Origin: Tubulanus polymorphus
Taxonomy: Eukaryota > Animalia > Nemertea
DNA: 53,062 nt
NCBI RefSeq assembly: GCF_964204645.1
Contig: NW_027437480.1
Location: 1 to 53,062 of the forward strand
Reading direction: 5' to 3'
The notes under the pieces are model-generated. The model saw nothing but the letters and a program-made list of their open reading frames with translations. It had not been told where the DNA came from and made no database searches. Position 1 is the first letter of the stretch. The number at the start of each line of letters is the position of its first letter. The translations under genes were made by a program, and so were the position numbers. This document shows positions 13,664 to 23,348 of this stretch, in pieces.

Positions 13664-15422
13664 ATGGCGACTGCTATGCATTTTGCGGGTGACTCCGCAT
13701 CGAACACTGTGAAATACGTTCAATTAGCTGATTTTTCCATACATTATCAACCTTTTGATGTCGATTCTCAAAAGGTTTGAACCATATTTTATTTTTCTCT
13801 TAAATCGTTTTTCAGTAAAAAGTGAAAAAACGATGTTTAAACTTCGATATTGAGAAGTCGTGTTATTTAGCGACTGAAACCGATTGATAATTGTACTGGT
13901 ATAATGTTATTGTAGGTACTACTCGGTTTAGAAGAGCTCGGGTTACTGTGTGGTCATATGAATATTATACACGGTTGGAGTCGCTATGATTGTGATTATT
14001 TGAGTTTTGTAACTGATGGTAAAATTCCCGTGTTATTTGACGGAGCTCATCTTATATCAGATACTCAAACTATTCTACATCACATTGATAATACTGCAGC
14101 TGCCTGTAATAGTGCAGGTACTGAAATACGGGTGTCTGTGATGTCATAGGGGGATTGTGGAGGTGACCGACATTTCTGTATTTATTTTCTATATTTCAGA
14201 GGCAAGCTATCAACAGCAGCAACAGCAGATACAGCAGGTGCAGCGTAGATTATTTCCAGAAAGTCACACAATCGAAGGTCAAAGAGTGAAACATTTCACT
14301 GAATTATTAGAGAATATTTCATTAGAATTAATACAATATGGATCAATAAAACACCCTTCAGCAGGTGCGCAATCAGGTGCAGAACGAAAGCAGCTGCGTA
14401 GACTGATGTCAAACTGTGCATTTAAAAAAATCAAAGGTTTGTTTCTCCCTAAATTATCAATTGGTGATTCGTAAATAATCAGTAAATCTTAACGAATTCT
14501 GTATAATTAGTGTTTATTTTTATTTCAGGTTTTTACGACAATCGACGACAGAAATTAGAATTTTATCGCGAAAAGAATCCGGAATTTGAACAAATTTACG
14601 AAAAACTCATTAAAAACGTGAAAAAAATCAACGGCGATTGCGAAAATTGTGATAAACTTTTAAAACATCTAGAAATTCTACAAAAAGTTTTCGATGAAAT
14701 AGAAAAGGAATTACAACATAGACAAAAAGGTTTGTTTTGAGAATCAGGTTTAATGAATCCCTAACCCTGTATTCACTTGCCAGAACTAGTCAACAACGCA
14801 TCTGATTGGCTTAATACATAGACTGGTGGGCGCTGAGTGGCAACCTGTCTGCCCGAGAAATCTTGTGCGGTGTAATGGACCAATGAAAGGCGTGTTGGTG
14901 TGAGCAATGAAGAACCGGCACACACCAGCTATCCCATCAGATGGCGCCACTGAGATCCCCAGAACTCTGAGCTGTAGAACTGTTATTGATGATTATTGAT
15001 TGATATTTTTTTGTAGAGTTTGAAGATCGTGAATTTTGGTTAATCACTGGTTTTATCACAAACGCTGATTTATCTCTTGCCGTTGTTTTATCAACTCTTC
15101 ATTTATTCGGATTTTCATCGAATTTTTGGTCGCGGGAAAAACGACCGTTTCTGAATAGATATTTCAACAAGGTACGAATTCAATTCTTCTCCCTCCTCCT
15201 TCTTTTCATCAGACAATAACTAAAAACTGTTTTGTATGTTTGTATATTTTCTAGTTGTATAAACGCAGGTCGTTCTATAACTCATGTATTTGGCCTTATA
15301 CTCGTCGCGGTGCTGTTCTGATGTTTATACGGAGAAGGCCGACTATTGTTATTTCATTGTTTACTGGTTTCACTATTCTATCTACTATCGCTATTACTTA
15401 TTTATGGTATTATTCTAGTTGA
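13664..15422 (+). CDS. GDAP1-like glutathione S-transferase-fold, tail-anchored protein, multi-exon
   Basis: DSQK|VLLGLEE, GKIPVLFDG...ISDTQTILHHID, long helical insert, FWLITGFITNADLSLAVVL...FWSREKRPFLNRYFNK|LYKRRSF, then a C-terminal hydrophobic helix; stop TGA at 15420-15422. Matches GDAP1 architecture but is divergent. Confidence 0.8.
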
Positions 15423-15556
15423 GATTCATAGAAACTGTAGACTTGTATCTAGTCATTTGATACTCACTTGCCAGTGTAGTTTTTAATATATATTATGAAC
15501 AATTTTATGTACGAATAAAGATGGGTCAATAGTTGAATGTTTTATCTGATGTTTCT

Positions 15557-16077
15557 CTCCATCCCGGAAGACACCCCCTGTAATAAACCATCAGCTCCCA
15601 TCCCGGAAGACACCCGTAGCTGTAGACACCTCCTGTAATAAACCATCAGCTAGATCCCGGAAGACACCCCCTGTAATAAACCATCAGCTCCCATCCCGGA
15701 AGACACCCGTAGCTGTAGACACCTCCTGTAATAAACCATCAGCTCCATCCCGGAAGACACCCGTAGCTGTAGACACCCCCAGTTATAAACCATCAGCTCC
15801 ATCCCGGAAGACACCCGTAGCTGTAGACACCCCCAGTTATAAACCATCAGCTCCATCCCGGAAGACACCCGTAGCTGTAGACACCCCCTGTAATAAACCA
15901 TCAGCTCCATCCCGGAAGACACCCGTAGCTGTAGACACCCCCAGTTATAAACCATCAGCTCCATCCCGGAAGACACCCGTAGCTGTAGACACCCCCAGTT
16001 ATAAACCATCAGCTCCATCCCGGAAGACACCCGTAGCTGTAGACACCCCCTGTAATAAACCATCAGCTCCATCCCCG
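15557..16077. repeat. 54-bp minisatellite, ~9 copies
   Basis: Unit CCATCCCGGAAGACACCCGTAGCTGTAGACACCCCCTGTAATAAACCATCAGCT, between convergent GDAP1-like and FITM2 3' ends. Confidence 0.95.
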
Positions 16078-16327
16078 GCCGATACACATCCAGTCCTTTG
16101 AACAACTGTAGACAATAGAAATTGAAAAGTGAATTCCATTGAACCTTATATTTATTTTTATGAAATCCATTGTAAAATTACAAGTTACAGATTTTTATAA
16201 AGGCTTAAAAACATTCCAGAAATAGATTTCAGTATTTATAGAGTGATATAGCGAGAGGAGGAGGGGTGAACTAATAAAACACAACTTATTTAACCACAAA
16301 CCAAAATCATCGAGACAAGAATTAGAA

Positions 16328-17284
16328 TTATTTGATATGTTGATATCTGATGCCTAAATCACCGGGACGACCGGGAGATAGGTCGCAATAAAACCAAATG
16401 TGATATGTAATGAACCAATTACAAACAGCGATTAAAGCAGCGATCAATTTCTGAGGCATATTGTGAAAATATACAACCGTAGCAATTAACATTAATTCCC
16501 ATAGTAACAATAACAACGTCAATATTATAAACAATATTCTGATATAAATAGTGAATTGATTGAATGAATCTTTGAGTACAATCAACTCTGACTCATTCAA
16601 ATTCTTCATTTCTTTCTCTTCTTCAAATATAAAGTTTCTGATTTTGTCCCATTTTTTCAGCGGTTTTACTTCCTCTGATATTATCAATAAACAGTGAATC
16701 AGTAAAAATGTGTGTCCCGATAAATCGAAACCGAACCAGTTAAATTTACTTTTAACGCATAAAATCTTGTTGGTGATTTGTGTATTTGAGCACATTCCTG
16801 TGGCTTGTTCCACTTTATGAAATACGATTTGAGTCCAGAAATACCAGGACGCCGTTCCGACTAATAGTCTCGACAGATGACGCGTTATTTTGTAAACATT
16901 TCCGCAACAATAAACGAAACTGGTCAAATAGATGAAGATCGCTACTAGGATACTCGTCCAGCCCCAACTCAACTTCACGAAATACTGATTTAACGCGTTA
17001 TTTTTATCGGAAAAGTAAGTTTTCGGGAATCGAAATACGTCGAATACAACTGAACCACAACAAACTAATATCAGATAAATTCCCAGTTTTACAGATGTTT
17101 CCATAAACAGCGACTTTTTGCATAAATAGAATATAAACATCGTAATAAAACTGTAAATATTCCACGGTTCTGCTCCGCCTACAATACGCTTTTTCTTCTC
17201 TTCGTTTCCAGTCGCATTCTCGCGCTGATTTTCTCGTAAATTTGTCGATTTTCTCAAAGAAAACTTTCTCACGGGCCCAGACAT
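16328..17284 (-). CDS. FITM2: Fat storage-inducing transmembrane protein / acyl-CoA diphosphatase
   Basis: YFSDKNNALNQYFVKLSWGWT, GFDLSGHTFLL (FIT signature), TVVYFH; single coding exon. A TTGCAG acceptor just upstream of ATG 17284 suggests a 5'-UTR intron. Confidence 0.92.
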   Translation of the reverse strand: MSGPVRKFSLRKSTNLRENQRENATGNEEKKKRIVGGAEPWNIYSFITMFIFYLCKKSLFMETSVKLGIYLILVCCGSVVFDVFRFPKTYFSDKNNALNQYFVKLSWGWTSILVAIFIYLTSFVYCCGNVYKITRHLSRLLVGTASWYFWTQIVFHKVEQATGMCSNTQITNKILCVKSKFNWFGFDLSGHTFLLIHCLLIISEEVKPLKKWDKIRNFIFEEEKEMKNLNESELIVLKDSFNQFTIYIRILFIILTLLLLLWELMLIATVVYFHNMPQKLIAALIAVCNWFITYHIWFYCDLSPGRPGDLGIRYQHIK

Positions 17285-19152
17285 TTTCGCCGCTAGTGCC
17301 ACCTGCAATCAATACAATTCAAATTCAAATGACTTTATTGAACCTTTATGCAACAAAACATCATCGGGAGACGAGAAGATACACAATCTATCCGTGTATG
17401 ATGATAACGAAAGAAATCCCACAATAACGAAGTTAAAACGAGAAACTTAAATATGTATATCAGGCTGAGAACTGAGAACAGGAGAATATTACAAGATATT
17501 TATAAAAGACCAAAAATAATAGAAACAGAGTGAGTGATTCAAATATTGAAAGGGGAATAGATTAACGTAATGACATAACAGCTGGAAAACAATGGTAAAG
17601 TAAGCAAAGACAAACTAAATATAGATTAAAGTAATGTATTAACAAAAGACACAAACTGAATTGATAAAAACGTAAGGACAAGCTAAGGGTTACTATCAGA
17701 TGAAAACAACGAGGAGGAACATGAAAGGCGATAATCAGTGCGTGAGTGGAAACAACAAAGCAAACAATGGAGGGAATTAATATAACGGGGATACATCGAT
17801 ATCCTCGATATATCATATATCATCGATACGTATAAGTACTTAAGTTCACAATGAGGGAAATAGAAACTTTTTTAAATAGTTTATTGTTAATTGTTATTTT
17901 TTTTAATTAATTAATTGAGGGACTGTGTGTCAATTAATTAATTGGGGGACTGTGTTGCAATCACACTCGCCATCTGGTAATTACTGGGTTCGAACCCGGG
18001 ACACCCCTGTAAATCCTCTATTCAGTATCAAGACCACTCTGAACCAATATCATTAATCAATGGGTTCGAACCAGGGACAGCCCTGTAAATCCTCCATTCA
18101 GCATCGACCATGAAAACTTTAGGTCTCCTCGGTGCACGGCATTTCGTTGGCCGGGGGTCAACTTGGACCCAGGCCCTCGGAGCCATCGGGCACGGTAGGA
18201 CCTCGAAACTCGCTGGCCCCGTAGAACTCCTCGTATACTACGGGCAGGGGTAATTCAGAGGTTCCAAGTCGACCGGAAGCGCGCCAGTAGCCCTCGGAAA
18301 TGGCTCCCTCGAGAGGTTTTTCTCGCCCGAAAAAATGACTAAGTCGATACATTTTTATAAAATTTGGCCTCGAACCGTTCTTAACGGGATTAAAAATGAA
18401 GTAAATCTATGCTGGAACGCGATAAAAATAGTTTCGTATCGATCGGATTTACCGGAAGCTATTTATAGCCGTTTGATTCCACTAACGAGATTGGCCTTGG
18501 GGCACGACCTTAACGCCACCTATTATCGAAATTCGACCACCACCACGACGTAGTCCGGATAGCCCTACCCCTAGAGTTCGGCGTGGGAGCGCTGAAAAAT
18601 GACCGGAAGTAGGGGAAGTAGGTGATACTCACCTTTACCTCATTTTTTGGCTGATTCAGGGCAGACCTGGGCTATTTTTGGGCGTCTATAAACCGGATTT
18701 TCCGGTAGTACAGGTCTTTCTAGACGTTTTGGCCTAGGTAACTCAAAAATCGGTCCAGGGGTTTAGGAGCGGTGACCCCCGAAAGGTGGGGGGTCGATGT
18801 GCGTAAGGGCCAAATCGGTTTCTCGAAAAAGCTCTTACGCCGGAAGTGTTGGGTGTGGAGATTTGAACTTCCGGTCACGCGTTAAGGGTCCCACAGGGAA
18901 TCTATACACGAAAAATTGGGCGTCGTCGGACGTATCCTTCCGGAGTTATTTCGTTTATTTTACAGCCCTGAATATTGTTTGACCCCTCAAAACGGTACCC
19001 GGCCTATTCATGAGACCCAGCTCACGTTAGTAGCGGACGAGGCATCTAGACGCCGCTCGAGGTCGTCAGGAGTCCGCGCATGCGCGGCACGACGCGTTAG
19101 ACCCCAGGGTTCGGCTCCGGGACCGGGTACTCGAAAAAGGCTTTTGAAATAG

Positions 19153-19540
19153 AGTGTGCGTAAAAGCCATCCTATTAGAGGTATCCCTATACTGACAGCC
19201 TCAAAGTAGAATGTGCGTAAAGTCCATCCTATTAGAAGTATCCCTATACAATCATGTTCGAATCCCGAATTAAATTATTAGCGTGTGCGTAAAGTCCATA
19301 TTATCAGAAGTATCCCTATACAATCAGGTTCGAATCCCGAATTAAATTATGAGCGTGTGCGTAAAGTCCATCCTATTAGAAGTATCCCTATACAATCAGG
19401 TTCGAATCCCGAATAAAGTAATTGCCGTGTGTCTCAATGCCATTCTTCCCAGCAGTAGCCCTTTTCAATCAAGTTCGAACCCCTAATTAAGTAACTGCCG
19501 TGTGCACATAAGCCATCTCCGATTAGAAGCATCCCTAAAA
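19153..19540. repeat. 72-bp tandem repeat containing B-box-like GGTTCGAATCCC
   Basis: About five imperfect copies, e.g. units at 19281 and 19353. Confidence 0.85.
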
Positions 19541-20379
19541 TGGCGTCGAGTACCCCAGAAAGTGAATTTTTTTTAATTTTTTTTTCTTCAAAAATTCATT
19601 TCAGAGCATTATATTCAGGGTATTTTGTGTGCGTAGGATCGCCTCGTGCCATCGGTTTGTCGGGAACATAGTTCTCGAACTAGAAGCTTGTCGGTCTACT
19701 TGGGGAGTAAAGAAAGGACCGTTTGGGCATATCTCAAGGAACAAGATTGGGCCAATAAGTTCGAAATGAGGATATCATCATATCATTATGCCAATGGTGC
19801 CTGGCTCTAAACTGCAAAACAAACAATGGATATGCGTATCTCGAGGAACAAGCTAGAACCATTAAAACACCAAAATGTTTATCCTCTATTAGTTTAAAAT
19901 GAGGATATAATTTCGGCGTTTCAATGTTGCCTGGCTCTAAACTGCAAAAGAATAGGCGTATCTCGTGGAACAAGCCGTGGCCATGAGGCCCTAACCAAAC
20001 CGCTATGAATATCCTCTATTAATTCAGAATGAGAATATCATATCGGTATGGCCGTGGTGCATGGCTCTAAACTTTAATACAACAATGACTAAACAGTGCA
20101 CAGGTTAGCAGTTGCAGTGCAAGTAGAATGTGCACAAACGCCGGGAATTAATATCAGTATACGGTGCCCAAGGTTAGGGAGTTAGGGCTAAAAGGTGCGC
20201 AAAGTCAACCGAGTGTGAGTTCAACTGAGTGTGCTCAAGGTTAGGGTTAGTAGTTTTAACGGAGTGTGCACAAGGTTAGGGAAAGTAGTTTAAGTTCAAG
20301 TAGAATGTGCACAAACACCGGGAGCTAATACCAGTATACAATGCACAAGGGATTTTATATGGCATTTGTGGTATTTTTC

Positions 20380-20556
20380 TACGTAGGTGATATCATATTT
20401 TGGAAAGACGTTTTCTTATACGAGGGTGATATCACTCTATGGGAAGCCAGTTTATAATACGTGGGTGATTTCACTCTATGGGAAGCCGGTTTCTTATACG
20501 TGGGTGATTTCACTCTATGGGAAGCCGGTTTCTTATACGTGGGTGATTTCACACTA
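20380..20556. repeat. 39-bp tandem repeat
   Basis: GTGGGTGATTTCACTCTATGGGAAGCCGGTTTCTTATAC, ~4.5 copies. Confidence 0.9.
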
Positions 20557-20696
20557 TGTACTGTATTCTTTCTGTTGTTGATTCAATTAGAAGATAAACA
20601 TGTTCTAACATTACACCAGTTTTTCATGAACAATTTTACGAAGTTGAATGTCACAAAAGCTAAAAGGAAATCCAAGTAGTGGAATTTTCAAAAGGA

Positions 20697-21172
20697 AAGA
20701 CTCTAATTATTGCTTTAAATTGGTGATTCGACTAGAATGTAGACTTTTCATACTTTTTCACTCTTTTCACGAGTTTTCCCCGGGGTGAAAAAGTGTGAAA
20801 AGCCAAACTTGTGTCCAAGTGGTTGGTGATTCGACTAGAATATAGACTTTTCATACTTTTTCACTCTTTTCATTAGTTTTCACCGGGGTGAAAAGGTGTG
20901 AATTCACCCAGAGTGAAAAGTGTGAATTCACCCGGAGAGAAAAGTGTGAATTCACCCGGAAAAAGTGTGAATTCCCACCAGAATGCAGACTTTTCATACT
21001 TTTTCACTCTTTTCACGAGTTTTCCCCGGGGTGAAAAAGTGTGAAAAGCCAAACTTGTGTCCAAGTGGTTGGTGATTCGACTAGAATGTAGACTTTTCAT
21101 ACTTTTTCACTCTTTTCACGAGTTTTCCCCGGGGTGAAAAAGTGTGAAAAGACTCTAATTATTGCTTTAAAT
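20697..21172. repeat. Complex subtelomeric repeat (~100-bp units plus GAAAAGTGTGAATTCACCC subrepeats)
   Basis: Four copies of GACTTTTCATACTTTTTCACTCTTTTCA...CGGGGTGAAAA. Confidence 0.85.
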
Positions 21173-21509
21173 TTTCTAAATTAAATACAATTCATTCTTA
21201 ATTAATTCTATTTATTTTAACAACGACACAGTTTGTACCACTCTATTCTTTTGCGTTTTATGACGAAACTCACGTTTCACTCGATGTACGTGTTTGATTT
21301 AATTGACCGAAACGGCTAATTGTAAAACACAATGCCTGTAATAAATTCCCTTTTTGTCGTTCAATGTGTGTGAAATAACATTTGAATCTAACCCGTCTCT
21401 CTCTCGATGATCTCCGTTCAATCTATCGCGCTGGTTGTCATGGGCTACAATTTCGTAAATCAAAGTCATTGAAAAATCTCAGTTCGTTAAGAGATATTTC
21501 ACAAAAACT

Positions 21510-22983
21510 AATTTGACAACTCGCGAATGCAATGTGCATTTTCTACTTTCCCTTCTAAGACAACTTGCGAATGCAATGTGTAATTTCTACGTTACTTTCT
21601 AAGAAGATTTTGACAACTCTTTGCTACAATATGCAATTTCTACGTTTCACTTCTAAGGAGATTTTGCCAAGTTGCGACTGCTGACCATGATCGACGGTCC
21701 GATGTTGGAGAAAAAAAGTTTAGTATGATCTCCTTTCAATCTATCTCGCTGGTTGTCATGGGCTACATTTTTGTAATTCAAAGTCATTGAAAAATCTCAG
21801 TTCGTGAGGGGATATTTCACAAAAACCAATTTGACAACCACTCGCAACTACAATATGCAATTTCTACTTTCCCTTCTAAGTAGATTTCGACGACTTGCAC
21901 CTGCAATGTGTAATTTCTACTTTCCCTTTTAAAAGATTTTGACAACTTGCACCTGCAATAATCAATTTCTACTTTCCCTTCTAAGTAGATTTCGACAATT
22001 TGCATCTGCAATATGTAATTTCTACAAAAAAATACTGTGAAAATATTCCGGTGATGTAAAATGTTTTCTCCTCTAAGTAGATTTCGACGACTTGCATCTG
22101 CAATGTGTAATTTCTACTTTCTCCTCTAAGTAGATTTTGATAATTTGCATCTGCAATGTGTAATTTTTACTTTCCCTTCTAAGTAGATTTCGACAACTTG
22201 CACCTGCAATAATCAATTTCTACTTTCCCATCTAAGTAGATTTCGACAATTTGCATCTGCAATGTGTAATTTTTACTTTCCCTTCTAAGTAGATTTCGAC
22301 AACTTGCACCTGCAATAAGCAATTTCTACTTTCCCTTCTAAGTAGATTTCGACAATTTGCACCTGCAATAAGCAATTTCTACTTTCCCATCTAAGTAGAT
22401 TTCGACAATTTGCACCTGCAATAAGCAATTTCTACTTTCCCTTCTAAGTAGATTTCGACAACTTGCAGCTGCAATAAGCAATTTCTACTTTCCCATCTAA
22501 GTAGATTTCGACAATTTGCACCTGCAATAAGCAATTTCTACTTTCCCTTCTAAGTAGATTTCGACAACTTGCAGCTGCAATAAGCAATTTCTACTTTCCC
22601 ATCTAAGTAGATTTCGACAATTTGCACCTGCAATAAGCAATTTCTACTTTCCCATCTAAGTAGATTTCGACAATTTGCACCTGCAATAAGCAATTTCTAC
22701 TTTCCCTTCTAAGTAGATTTCGACAACTTGCACCTGCAATATGTAATTTCTACAAAAAAATACTGTGAAAATATTCCGGTGATGTAAAATGTTTTCTCCT
22801 CTAAGTAGATTTCGACGACTTGCATCTGCAATGTGTAATTTCTACTTTCTCCTCTAAGTAGATTTTGATAATTTGCATCTGCAATGTGTAATTTTTACTT
22901 TCCCTTCTAAGTAGATTTCGACAACTTGCACCTGCAATAATCAATTTCTACTTTCCCTTCTAAGTAGATTTCGACAATTTGCA
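21510..22983. repeat. 53-bp subtelomeric satellite
   Basis: Unit CTAAGTAGATTTCGACAACTTGCACCTGCAATAAGCAATTTCTACTTTCCCTT (starts at 22391, 22444, 22497). Degenerate on the left, homogeneous on the right, cut mid-unit at 22983. Confidence 0.95.
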
Positions 22984-23001
22984 GGGTTAGGGTTAGGGTT
23001 A
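22984..23001 (+). repeat. Telomeric repeat seed (GGGTTA)3
   Basis: Perfect TTAGGG-type repeats between the satellite and the retroelement. G-rich strand is +, implying that any chromosome end lies to the right. Confidence 0.85.
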
Positions 23002-23224
23002 GGTTTAGAGATAGAGGTTAGGGGACCAAACCGAAGGTTTGGAGACCCCACTAGTGCACGGGCAGCGGGTTATCCCTGTAAAAAAGTAGTGAGAGTTAAT
23101 TGTTGTAGTGAGGCGGTCTACGGGACGTTCATGCCTCGGGGCGTGTTCGTGTCGAGTCGTCGTATCCAGTCTTGTTCGGCTGCTTCGCGGATCGGTCTCG
23201 TGGAGCCTGGTAGGTGTTGGAGAC
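22997..23224 (-). mobile_element. 5'-truncated 228-bp 3'-terminal fragment of the PLE
   Basis: Same sequence as 23228-23455 (offset 231); includes the last ORF2 codons and stop. Confidence 0.95.
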
Positions 23225-23348
23225 TAGGGTTAGGTTTAGAGATAGAGGTTAGGGGACCAAACCGAAGGTTTGGAGACCCCACTAGTGCACGGGCAGCGGG
23301 TTATCCCTGTAAAAAAGTAGTGAGAGTTAATTGTTGTAGTGAGGCGGT

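Noticed and set aside
15650-16105. 151-aa repetitive ORF
   Set aside because: Translation of a 54-bp minisatellite.
20170-20285. Scattered GGTTAGGG motifs (also ~1725-1755 and 10783-10898) as interstitial telomeres
   Set aside because: One or two degenerate units embedded in other repeats; not arrays.
21850-22983. AATTTCTACT...GTAGAT resembles the Cas12a CRISPR direct repeat
   Set aside because: The intervening sequences are near-identical rather than unique spacers, there are no cas genes, and the context is eukaryotic; it is a 53-bp satellite.
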